Below, piece after piece: positions 17,901 to 27,000 of a stretch of DNA of 47,221 bases. This DNA comes from an uncultured Verrucomicrobiota bacterium (GTDB lineage Bacteria; Verrucomicrobiota; Kiritimatiellia; CAIVKH01). The stretch's first letter is position 1; every line of letters begins with the position of its first letter. A program made the position numbers and the translations under genes. Below the pieces are notes generated by a model. The model did no database searches. It saw nothing but the letters and a program-made list of their open reading frames with translations, and was not told the DNA's origin. The DNA is taken from assembly GCA_937894535.1 (NCBI GenBank), contig CALBHI010000156.1, positions 1 through 47,221 on the forward strand. Direction: 5' to 3'.

Positions 17901-20900
17901 CGGTCCGGCCGAGCTGGATCCCGACATGATGAGCCTGACCGCGCCGTGGTGGAGTTTGCCGCTTCAGGGTTCGGTCGACGGCCTCATGCCGTTCTATCGC
18001 CGTACCAAAAACCAACTGGTCAGCGATTACTCCGTGCCCGTGGTCGTGCGCGTGACTGCGCAAGGCGCGCCGGTGGCCATCAGTGAAATAGAAGTCGATC
18101 CCCGCCTCGGCGACGTGTACATCAGCGAAAAGCAATCCACCGGCACCGCCGCCCGCATCGTCAAAGTCACCGGGGAGGGCGAGGGAACCCGTTCGACCTT
18201 CGCCTTCACCGGTTTCGCCGCGCCCGGCCATAACGGACTGGCCATGGACAGCCGTGGCAAGCTCCTCGCCGTGAACGCCGCATCCGAGGCGCGGTTCGGC
18301 GGGCGCGTGTTCCAGTATGACCAGCCGAACGGTGCCCGCTCCCTCGCCGGCGCCCTGAATTACTTCAGCCAGTTGCTGATGAATGCCAACCCCACCGCCT
18401 CCGGTCCGATGGCCATGGGGCCGGGCTGGATTCCCGGAAACTCCGCGGAAGACCTGTACGTCGTGGACGAGTTGCCGAATGTCGTGAAAAAAGTCCCGGT
18501 GCAGGCGACCTACGACGCCAGCCGCCGGATCGGCCAACCGTGGGCGAATATCCCGGTCACCGGGGTCAACAGCGATCTGGAAGTCGATGAACCGGGCAAC
18601 GCGCATCTGTTGGTGCGCGACATCACGCAACCGCTGTTGACGGTGAACCTCTGGTTGAGCGATTCGTTTGTTTCCCCCTCCGCCGTGGTCACTGCCCGCA
18701 TTCAGGTGGCGAATGCCGGACCTTTCACCGTCTCCAACGTGGACGTCCTTCCCCTCCAGATCACCGGCGAGGGATCGGTCTCCGCCGTGAGCGTGATGGA
18801 GCCGGTGGGGGTTTCCCTGCTGCCCGGGCAGCAGGAGGACTTCACCATCGCCTACCGCGCGGATCAGCCGGGCCTGGTTTATTTTCAGGCTGCCGCCCAG
18901 GGGGTGGACGGCAACGGCACCACCGTGGGATCGCAACTCGGGCCCGTGCCGCCGCGTCCGCTGGAAATCGGCAGTCCGCTCCGGATCGTCTCGCTCGAGG
19001 CCCTGCCCCGCCGGGTCGGTCCCGGCGGCGCCATCGAGGCCACCATGCGCGTGTTCAATCGCGGCAATGCGACCTTCACTTCAGTGACCTCGGAGGTCTT
19101 CGCCACCACGGCGCTGTTCCAGGCCGGACCGACCGGTTCGGTGAGCCTGCTGTCCGGTCCTTCGCCCTCCGCCCAAACCATCGGCGCGGGCGCGTTCGCG
19201 GACTACACCTGGTCATTCACCGCCGTGGACATGGGCTTTGTCGGGTTCCGCGGTCGGGCCGGCGGCGTGGATCAGGACACCTCCACCGCGGTCGTGACCC
19301 CGGTCTACATCGGCAACAACGTCACCATCTCGCCACTGGCCATCTCCCTCGCCGCCGATCCGGTCGCGGTGCGGCGCGGAGCGACCAACGCCGTCATCGT
19401 GACCCTCACCGTGAGCAACAGCGGCGACAGCGTTATCAACCAGGTGACCCCGGCGCTGGAACAGGTGTCCGGCCAGGGCGTCTTCGCCCAACGCGCGCCG
19501 GCCAGCCATGCCCCGGTTAATCTGTCCGCGGGCACGGCCCACGATTTCGTGTACAGCTACACCGGACCCACCAATTCCGGTCTGGTGCGCCTGCGCGGCC
19601 AGGTCACCGCCCAGACCGGCGGCGGTCAGTCAATCCCCTCCGATGTCGCCGAGGTCGATGTGTTCATCGGCCCGGTGATCCGCGGCAACATCAGCGATGT
19701 GAAATTGCTGGTCAGCGCCGACACCGCCAGCGATTTCCGGGCCCGCGTGCAGGAAAACGCCGGCGGGGTGGCCGGGGTGAAGGTCCGGGCCGTTCCGCGC
19801 GGACTCACCCTGAGCACCAACAGCGCCGGAGAGGCGATCAGCGATGCGCAGGGTAATTTCGTGATTCCGCTCGAAGACGCCGGCCTCTACGACTTGCTGG
19901 CCGTACACACCAATAGCGGGCTCGGCTTCCGTCGCGAGGGCATCGTTGCCGGCAACGAGGCGATCGTTCGCGACTTCACCCTGCCGGTCTCGCTCTACAC
20001 CACCACGCGTGACCTGATCGGGACGGTGACCAACATCGTTATGCCGATTGATCTCGGCCTCGGATTGCCGCTGTACACACCCACCAATGTCCTGTCCTAT
20101 TCCCGTTTCGGTGCCAAGGCGCTGGCCTATCTGGATAGCCGGATTGCCTTGCTTGAAGACACGCCGCCGTATCTGGGCATGAGCGCCGACCTCGATGAAT
20201 GGCATGCCGTCGCCCGCCTCGGTGTCGCCACCGCGTTCGCCAAACGCCGGTACGACGAATCGGCCAGCTACATCCAGCTGGTGATCTCCACGGTGATCGG
20301 CGACGTCGTGTCCGCATCCAAAATCAAGGACACGGTCAAGAAGCGGACCAAAGCCGATCTGTTGTCGGAGGATGAGCGCAAGGAACTGAAGCTCTACATG
20401 GATGAGGCCGCGAAGGCTGGAGCCCGCCTCGAGTACCTGGCCAAGGAGTTCAACACCGCGATCGACCGGTACTTTGCGCCTTACGAAAGCGAGCTCGGTC
20501 CGGCCGAAGCGTTTCTCAAGGAGGCGATCAAGTCGCTCATTACCTGGACGGTGAAGGTGGTCGTGATGGCGGAAACCCTCGATTACTCCGGGCTGGTGGA
20601 TGCTCCGATTGATGCGCTGGTCAATTACGTCGTGGGCGAAATGACCGCGACCTTCATGCAGGGCCTGTTCATCGATCAGTTCACCGAGCCCGCGCTGGTG
20701 CGCATGGTCGAGCGCTTCGAGCAGAAGCAACAGCAGGGCGCGACCCTCGCCATGTTCCAACGGCTTTCACGGTATGACCTCGACCTGCTGGCCGAATTCA
20801 AGCGGCGCAAGGATTTCCTCGGCCCCGGCCAGGTCGTGTTGACCGCGGAAACGAAGATCAACACGGATACCCTTCTCAAGCTCGAAAACATGGGGCGGCA

Positions 20901-21144
20901 GGACCTTTCGTTCGATAAATTCATGAATGACCTCGCCGCCGAAGGCCATGCCCTGATGGCGAAAAAGTTTTTGGTCTACAAGCTGTTGTCGCTGGTCGGT
21001 CCGCTGACCGAGGCGGGTATTTTCGAGCCGGGCCGGGTCTGCCTGGTCGCCCGTTATGTGGTGGACGATGATCCGATGTTCGAATCCGGGCAGCCGCTGT
21101 CGATCCTGGTCGCCCTGGGTCTGGAAGGAGGAGCCTCGCCATGA
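14902..21144 (+). CDS. Giant secreted multidomain protein (2080 aa): cadherin-like/He_PIG Ig repeats, carboxypeptidase-regulatory-like domains, CARDB-like domains, novel C-terminal helical domain
   Basis: - GGAGG lies 8 nt upstream. Signal peptide MKRWFAMVAVACIATALHAQ.
- Two cadherin-like units (..VVDADGDPLAVTADPLPDNAVFSSASQTLLFTPAVTQTGVYDVGFYASDG..).
- CarboxypepD_reg-like SGVVRDPETGQPIAGARVTLQGTGFSVVTGLDGSFVFNGIPPG.
- Several CARDB-like units (VVTARIQVANAGPFTVSNVDVLP..).
- The last roughly 390 aa are K/E-rich and helical.
- Domain names come from motif recognition only. Confidence 0.75.
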   Translation: MKRWFAMVAVACIATALHAQPPPALNQVREQLHIVTANERTSLDRMTGEMVSTVDVWLYNLGGRVLEGPVHLIARTTGDQVRVEGALGDTNDPLYQAAYLDLSPQLTGNRLAANQALSATLTFRYPRGTVMSYGLEPRARLLEEPPPILTVLPFTSPISENERMTIGVEASDPSGVGVVLLAEPSISNATFSATSGVAAAGTFVFAPTNGQAGLYTLRFTARDTLGLTTSVVVEVEVLRANQRPVVNRLEPRVVTVGESLLVPVSVVDADGDPLAVTADPLPDNAVFSSASQTLLFTPAVTQTGVYDVGFYASDGVLMSSTQVLEITVLPAPTAAPDDTNQLVLVVNPVQSPSLVNRQRITGFVNAGTAQPPVQARSALITGLNPVNLTAGQRTNLTITGQATGLFETHFDFSSQVIIGNGIAVESLIAAAPHSLVATVRVDTNAAPGPRGVTVLTSNETAISIVALQVGAASANLSGVVRDPETGQPIAGARVTLQGTGFSVVTGLDGSFVFNGIPPGAGNLIVNSPNHELLRIPFEAILGETQDIGALTPAPTVFNPTAPASVSLLSVLGRGIGSMSGGGGLDEQKRTVIDTLLLVGGTEAGVLDEFGNQLNPDITGNGLISMTGEGVRQLAQKMQRGAESISLVDLLFAISYGLRWENDTPPTLAEWLADLQQVVNAAWANPNDPDNLMPILMFNRGNRLLPAPPELSPETRLTPMQAFLFMASWWTTIFTEPSPNARVIGLPEETMLARFGRGLWALIGPSAAYAEPPPPASNKRFTKFWRGLYQQRNDYLIGSGSGGIIGGAFQSYLMGVSQLAMPSANLLGLQLNFASANTLLGPVMDNLGAALGVAGLAAQVPEPPPDRSVQARVVVDEGAVSVVVQFDKSRSHTRTLDSQAASTDTYIYSLWRFRDANGPRDLVDFSVWNKDTVISLPLPGGAVEQVRVGNLGQRDLGLEFFDSMKLALRDADPLPATVIGGQSARPGAATWFYSVTTTRVRGPAELDPDMMSLTAPWWSLPLQGSVDGLMPFYRRTKNQLVSDYSVPVVVRVTAQGAPVAISEIEVDPRLGDVYISEKQSTGTAARIVKVTGEGEGTRSTFAFTGFAAPGHNGLAMDSRGKLLAVNAASEARFGGRVFQYDQPNGARSLAGALNYFSQLLMNANPTASGPMAMGPGWIPGNSAEDLYVVDELPNVVKKVPVQATYDASRRIGQPWANIPVTGVNSDLEVDEPGNAHLLVRDITQPLLTVNLWLSDSFVSPSAVVTARIQVANAGPFTVSNVDVLPLQITGEGSVSAVSVMEPVGVSLLPGQQEDFTIAYRADQPGLVYFQAAAQGVDGNGTTVGSQLGPVPPRPLEIGSPLRIVSLEALPRRVGPGGAIEATMRVFNRGNATFTSVTSEVFATTALFQAGPTGSVSLLSGPSPSAQTIGAGAFADYTWSFTAVDMGFVGFRGRAGGVDQDTSTAVVTPVYIGNNVTISPLAISLAADPVAVRRGATNAVIVTLTVSNSGDSVINQVTPALEQVSGQGVFAQRAPASHAPVNLSAGTAHDFVYSYTGPTNSGLVRLRGQVTAQTGGGQSIPSDVAEVDVFIGPVIRGNISDVKLLVSADTASDFRARVQENAGGVAGVKVRAVPRGLTLSTNSAGEAISDAQGNFVIPLEDAGLYDLLAVHTNSGLGFRREGIVAGNEAIVRDFTLPVSLYTTTRDLIGTVTNIVMPIDLGLGLPLYTPTNVLSYSRFGAKALAYLDSRIALLEDTPPYLGMSADLDEWHAVARLGVATAFAKRRYDESASYIQLVISTVIGDVVSASKIKDTVKKRTKADLLSEDERKELKLYMDEAAKAGARLEYLAKEFNTAIDRYFAPYESELGPAEAFLKEAIKSLITWTVKVVVMAETLDYSGLVDAPIDALVNYVVGEMTATFMQGLFIDQFTEPALVRMVERFEQKQQQGATLAMFQRLSRYDLDLLAEFKRRKDFLGPGQVVLTAETKINTDTLLKLENMGRQDLSFDKFMNDLAAEGHALMAKKFLVYKLLSLVGPLTEAGIFEPGRVCLVARYVVDDDPMFESGQPLSILVALGLEGGASP

Positions 21145-21938
21145 TGCACAAACGGTTCATCGTCGCGCTGCTCGCCTGCGCCGCCTGTCTGCCCGCGCGC
21201 GCGACCTCGTTTCCGGAGACCGCAGCCTATCTGTCGGCGGCCACCCAGATGGTGCATCTGGTCGCGACCGATCAGCAGGCCGCCGTCACCGACCTTTATC
21301 CGGAGTTCGCCGGGCACGGACTGGCCTTGCGGGAAGCCCTCCGGCTCACCCGGGAGAAGCTGCTGGTCCTGTATGTGAATCCGCGGGGAGTGGTTCCGGC
21401 CGATGATGATCCGATGTACGAGGCCATGGAGGAGGCACGGATCGCTTCGGCCGGCACCGCGTTGGCCGGATTGATGACCTTCCATTACGGCAACCGCGGC
21501 GGGTCGACCAATCAGGCGACCGCCCTGCTCGCCCTCACCGGATCGGTAGCCTCGGTCACCGCCGCCGATGCCGCGCTGGACGCTTTCCTGCCCATGCTCG
21601 CCGCGACCAACATTCCCGCACATGTCATCTTGAATGTTTCCGCGCCCGCGGAAGCCGCGCCCGGACAGAGCGTCAAGGTCGCGGTCCAGGCCATCAATAT
21701 CGGCGCGTTCGCCGCGAGCAATGTCGTGCTGACCCTGGAATCCACGCCGTTCATCAATAAAATCAGTCAAACCGTCACGCTCGGGGACATCCCGGGCGGG
21801 CAGGACAAACTGCATCAGTTCAACCTGAAGTTGCCGGCCACCACCTCCGGCGTCGGCCTTTCGGTCGGCGCGTCGTACGCCAACGGCGTCTGGCAGAACA
21901 CCGAAACCTTCGTGATCGATATCGAGGTGGCCCCATGA
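21141..21938 (+). CDS. Secreted (possibly lipo-) protein with C-terminal CARDB-like domain, 265 aa
   Basis: - ATGA overlap with the upstream gene, with GGAAGGAGGAG just upstream.
- Signal peptide MMHKRFIVALLACAACLPARA, with a weak lipobox (LLAC).
- CARDB-like segment PGQSVKVAVQAINIGAFAASNVVLTLES. Confidence 0.65.
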   Translation: MMHKRFIVALLACAACLPARATSFPETAAYLSAATQMVHLVATDQQAAVTDLYPEFAGHGLALREALRLTREKLLVLYVNPRGVVPADDDPMYEAMEEARIASAGTALAGLMTFHYGNRGGSTNQATALLALTGSVASVTAADAALDAFLPMLAATNIPAHVILNVSAPAEAAPGQSVKVAVQAINIGAFAASNVVLTLESTPFINKISQTVTLGDIPGGQDKLHQFNLKLPATTSGVGLSVGASYANGVWQNTETFVIDIEVAP

Positions 21939-23992
21939 TGCTGCGTCGGAATATCTTGGGGGGAGTCGCGGGACTTGTCGCCCTGGTCAACGCCGGAGCC
22001 AGCCCGGTCATCCAGTTCGCATTCGACAGCTCCAGCGCGATCGAATCCTCGGCCACCATCGCCATCCCCGTGGTCATGTCGGCCAGTCTGCCCGGCCCGG
22101 TCACGGTGCAGTACCGCGTGGTCGGCGGCAGCGCGAATCCCGGCACCGATTACGTGGCACCCTCCGGCGTGTTGACCATTCCCGCCGGCGCGCGGACCAA
22201 CACCATTGGTCTGACCATGGTGAACAACAGCTCCCCGGAAGCCTTCGCCACCGTGGTGCTGGCCATCACCAATGTCAGCCAGGGCATCATCGGCCTGCGC
22301 GACACCCACACCTTCACCATTCTGGATGACGACAAGGAAAAGAAGGACAGCAAATCCAACGAAGTGGTCGCCGTGCGCTTCCGCACCGAAAACTCCAGCG
22401 GGCCGGAATCGCGCAGTCCCGCCGACATCGAAGTGCACCTCACCCGCGTCTACTCGAACGGCGTCAATGTCTCGGTCGGCCTCGTTCCAGGCGGCGGTGC
22501 GAGCCCGGGCTCCGACTTCGTCTTCATTCCCACCACCCTGATCTTCACCCCGGGCGTCACCAACATGTTCTTCACGCCGGAGATCATCGACGACACCCGT
22601 CCGGAGTCGAACGAGACGTTTACGGTTTATCTGCATAGTCCCGTTGGCCTGACTTTGGTCGCCCCCACGTCCCACACCTACACCATCGAGGATGATGACG
22701 TTCCCGAAGTCTCTTTCACCACCGCGTTCTCCACCGCGCCGGAGAGCAACGCCACCCGGACCTTGACCGTCCAGTTGGATCGCGCATCGGACCTCGAGGC
22801 GCGGGTGTCCGTGCGGTCCAGCGGCACGGCCACCCGCGATGCGGATTACGGATTCGTCGATACGACCCTCGTGTTCGCCCCCGGTCAGACCGCATCCAAC
22901 CTGACCTACCGGATCGTGGATGATGATCGGGTCGAGGAGGATGAGACGATCGATTTCACGCTGTTCAATCCGATCCGTGCGACCCTGGGAAGCAACGCGG
23001 TGCACCGGCATATCATCGTTGACGACGATGTGGATAAACCGTCGCTGACCATTCGCGTGCAGATGGAACGCGACGGCGAGTTGGTGGATGCCGGGGCGCT
23101 GGCCAGCGGGATGGAAAGTGTAACGCCGGTGGACCTGTTCTTCACCCTGTCATCCGCATCGACCGGAAACGTCATGGTCGGCTTCAGCATTTCGGGCACC
23201 GCCGCCCGGGGCGAGGATTACCTGGTGGAGGACGCATCGCTGGTATTTGCTCCGGGGCAAACCAGCCACGTGCTTCGCTTCGAGATTCGCAACGACGCCC
23301 TCGTCGAGCCCCAGGAAAGCATCATCCTCGTCGTCACCAATGTCGCCGGCGCCCGGCTGGCCGGCGAGTCCACCTTCACCTATTGGATCATCGATGACGA
23401 TGCGCCACCGGAGTCCATTGGCCTGTTCAAAACCGCGGTGCCGTCCGCCGAGGCGAATCGTTTTCTGGTCGTCCTTGGCTCCAAGTCGCCGACCATTCAA
23501 CCGCGCGGACTGGCCCTTGATGCCGGAGGCAATTACTACATCTCGGATCAAGGCGCCGGACAGGGCGAAAACGAGGGATCCATTCTGATGTGGCCGGTGG
23601 GGCAGGAGCGGGTCATCCGCATTGCGCGCGGACTGACCCGGCCCGAGGACATCGAACTATCCGCCGATGGCCGGGCCATCGTGGCCGCGGGGCCGTTGGG
23701 TACCCTCACCGTGATTCCGTTCGGGGTGTCGGTGCGCATCACCAACCTCGATGCCGCCGCCGCCGATTCCGTGGTCTACATCAAATCCGACACCGGCACC
23801 TACCACGCGCGGATTTCGCCCGACGGCTGGTTCCACATCCCGCGCATCCTCACCGCTGGTCAGAGCAGCTCGACCGTCGACGTGGTCCTCGAGGTTGACG
23901 GGAAGACCCGAATCTTCGCGAACCTCCCCCTCGGGGCCCCCGGCACCGCCGGGAATCCGCAGGGGCAAACGATTCTGGAGTTGGCGTTTTAA
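21935..23992 (+). CDS. Secreted protein with four Calx-beta domains and a C-terminal beta-rich region, 685 aa
   Basis: - ATGA overlap with the upstream gene.
- Four units of about 110 aa, each ending in a DDD/DDDxxE pattern and containing G(S/T)AxxGxDY. Examples: VVGGSANPGTDYVAPSGVLTIPAG, GGGASPGSDFVFIPTTLIFTPG, SSGTATRDADYGFVDTTLVFAPGQ, ISGTAARGEDYLVEDASLVFAPGQ. These are characteristic of Calx-beta. Confidence 0.75.
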   Translation: MMLRRNILGGVAGLVALVNAGASPVIQFAFDSSSAIESSATIAIPVVMSASLPGPVTVQYRVVGGSANPGTDYVAPSGVLTIPAGARTNTIGLTMVNNSSPEAFATVVLAITNVSQGIIGLRDTHTFTILDDDKEKKDSKSNEVVAVRFRTENSSGPESRSPADIEVHLTRVYSNGVNVSVGLVPGGGASPGSDFVFIPTTLIFTPGVTNMFFTPEIIDDTRPESNETFTVYLHSPVGLTLVAPTSHTYTIEDDDVPEVSFTTAFSTAPESNATRTLTVQLDRASDLEARVSVRSSGTATRDADYGFVDTTLVFAPGQTASNLTYRIVDDDRVEEDETIDFTLFNPIRATLGSNAVHRHIIVDDDVDKPSLTIRVQMERDGELVDAGALASGMESVTPVDLFFTLSSASTGNVMVGFSISGTAARGEDYLVEDASLVFAPGQTSHVLRFEIRNDALVEPQESIILVVTNVAGARLAGESTFTYWIIDDDAPPESIGLFKTAVPSAEANRFLVVLGSKSPTIQPRGLALDAGGNYYISDQGAGQGENEGSILMWPVGQERVIRIARGLTRPEDIELSADGRAIVAAGPLGTLTVIPFGVSVRITNLDAAAADSVVYIKSDTGTYHARISPDGWFHIPRILTAGQSSSTVDVVLEVDGKTRIFANLPLGAPGTAGNPQGQTILELAF

Positions 23993-24062
23993 TGAAAACG
24001 GGGAGCACATTTTTTGGAGTGCGGAGCCTCGGCACCGCTTCCGACTCGCCGGAGGTCGCGGC

Positions 24063-27000
24063 ATGAAGCGGTGGCTCTCCATCCTGGCGGGTATCGCGAT
24101 GTCCTCGATAGCCGCCGCCGCCATCCAGGTACAAGTTACCGGACCGGGCGGATCGGCTACCCGTACCTTGCCCGATGGCGGCGGCAATTTTGACGTGGAC
24201 CTCCCGCTGGTGGCCAACTCGGTGAACCAGATCACCATTTCGGCCACCGATGCCTCGACCAACCGGGTGGAAAAGAACATCAACATCACCCAACTTTCCC
24301 TCGATCAAATCGTGGTCTCCCAGGTGACCACCGAACGCCTGCCTCCGGAGCGCGTCGTGGAGCTCGTGAATCAGGGCGTCATCAATGTCGCTGATCCGGA
24401 AAACTTCAACGTCTCCACCTTCAATATCGTACTGACCATCGGCGGGCAGCGGGTGCCGATTTCCACGCCGATTGTCATGCCGATTCAGGAAATGATGGGC
24501 TTCGAAACCATTCGCCCCCAATCCGACCCGGGGTCGGGCGGGGGAGGTACGCCGAACATCCAGGACACCGAGATTGTCGTCTTTGAGTTGTCGCCACCGT
24601 CGCCGCCGGGAATCCCCGCGCCCCGGATCTACGGGGTGATCGTCATGGAGGGCCGCATCAAGTCGCTCAAGGAATTCTACAGCGTGCGCCTGCTGCTGAT
24701 GAACACCTCCGGCATCTTCACCCTGAAGGATGTCATGGCCCAATTGACCTTCCCCGACGGGGGATTGAGCCACACCTTGCCCTCCGACGGATTCATCAGC
24801 TTCGGCGATATCCTGCCCGGCGACGGCGGAAAGCCCGGCCAGAAAGAACGCGAGTTTATCATCCGCGGCGATGAACTGGGTGTACGCCGGGTGAAGATCG
24901 ACTTCGGCGGCACGGTGGCCGGGCCCGGGCTGCCGGAGGAGAACCCGATCGCCTTCAACGGCACCGCCGAGTCGAGTGTGGAGGTCAAAGGTCCCCCCAG
25001 CTTCCTGGTCACGGTTATCCATCCGCCGCAGGTCTTCACCAACGAGCCGTACAACCTGGTCGTGGAAATCCAGAACACCGGCGAACTGCCCGCCTTGTAT
25101 GCCAGCTTTGAACTCGAGGTGGGGGCCGACGCGCAGATCGAGAACTGCATCGTCAATACGAACACGCTGGAGGTCGAATGCTCCTTCGGTGCCGGACCCG
25201 TCATTCGCACCTTCGGACATATCTTGCCCGGAGAAAAAGTCCGCGAGACCTACCGGCTCAATCCGCTGAAATCGGGACCCATCACGTCGTGTCTGGGCAT
25301 CTCCGGCCAAAACATCCAACTGCAGGTCGCGGTCGGCAACATCGGCTGCCTGGTCGGGCAATACCCGCCGACCCTCGGCGTGCCCGAGGGGCTTCCCGTG
25401 GTCAATGTGGCCCCGATGCCCAACCAGCTCGGGGTCAGCCCGACCGCGCCGGTCAGTGCCTTCTTCAGCGAGTTGATGAACGAAGCCACCCTGACCACCG
25501 GGGAGGGCGGGACCTTCAATGTGCTCGATCCATCCGGCGCGATCGTCAACGGCGGCATCCGTTTCGTGACCATCGGCGGCCGCACCGTGGCCATCTGGCA
25601 GCGCGACGCCGGATTCAACATCCTCGACGACAACACCCGCTATGAAGTGGTGATCACCTCGGGCGCGCGCGATCTCGACGGCAATGCCCTGTTCAATCCG
25701 TGGCGGAGCTGGTTCCGCACCACCAGCCTGCTCGATGATCAGGACCCGCCGGAATTGACCATGACCATCCTTCCGCCGGTCGACCCGAACCTCGTCCTGC
25801 CCGGACAGTTGTTGGTGGTGAATGCGTATGCGTCCGACCAGGGCACCGGCATCCGCCGGGTCGAACTGCGCATCAAGAGCCTCACCGACACCAATTCCCT
25901 GTATGCGTTGATCGACCAGAAAACCGTGTTTGATCCGCTGGTGACCCTCGAGCCGAGCATCTTCACCATCGACACCGCATCGCTGACCCCCGGTGACACC
26001 TATCAATTGCTGGGCACGGCCTTTGATGTCGCCGGCAATGCCCGCGATAGCACGCTGGCGTTTGTGCTCGCCCCCGATGCGAATCCGCCGGTCATCACCC
26101 TGCCGCCCGATCCGACGAATTTTATTTTGCGCGGGGTCAGCGTGCCCCTCACGCCCTCCTCGGTCACCGGGGCGGTCCGCAACGTGCAGTATTTCCTGAA
26201 CGATGCGACCAATCCCGTCGCCACCGTGTTCCTCGCCCCGTGGCAGACCTTCGTGCGCACCCTCGATCTCGCCATCGGGGTGTACACGGTCAAAGCCGTC
26301 GCGGTGGACGCCCTGCTGCAAACCGGCGAGGACACCTTCGTGTTCGAGCTGGTGGAAAACCTGAACGAGCCGCAGGTCGGTTTCGGCGCGGCGGTGAATG
26401 GCGGCTCGTTCGTCACCGGCAGCGTGGTGTCGGTGCTGGGATACGCAGAGGATCCGGTGGGCATCCGGTCCGTGGGCTTCTACTTGAACAGCGTGGCCTC
26501 GCCGCTGCTGGCCACCAACCTGGCCCCGTTCACCTTCTCCACCGCCGGGCTGGCCACCGGAACCTACCGCATCATTCTGCTCGCCAGCAACAACCTCGGC
26601 ATCGCCAACAATGTGTTCGACCCGCAGTCCTATCTGGAATTCAACGTGGTTGAATCCCCGCCCGGTCCGCCGCCGCCCGCGCCGGTGGTGAACAACCTGA
26701 CCGACCCGGACACAGGCACCACCGCCGTGACCGGCACCAGCATCCCTGGTGCGACCGTCACCATCGTCAACACCAACCAGGGCTTCGTTCAAGCCGTGAT
26801 CGTGGCGACCAACGGCGTGTTCACCGGCAACATCAGCGCGAACGGCGGAGACGGGTTGCGGCTGACGGTTTTCCACGCCCCGACTTCGCCGTCCAACAGC
26901 GCCCCGACTCTGGTCACCGTGCCGGTGCCTCCGGTGGTTACGAACCTGCTCGTCACGCCAGGCAGTCGTACGTTTACCGCTGCCGGACAGTTTCAGGATT

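Noticed and set aside
23751-24062. Upstream in-frame extensions of track ORFs: 23751 for the 2955-aa gene, 37786 and 39861 for fibre paralogues 2 and 3, 35841 for paralogue 1, 34990 for the Ca-repeat protein, 8353 for the methyltransferase, and 3873 for the TPR protein.
   Set aside because: - The extensions overlap upstream genes or intergenic hairpins and encode Arg/Pro/Gly-rich junk.
- In each case an internal ATG is followed by a signal peptide, often with a GGAGG-type site 7-9 nt upstream.
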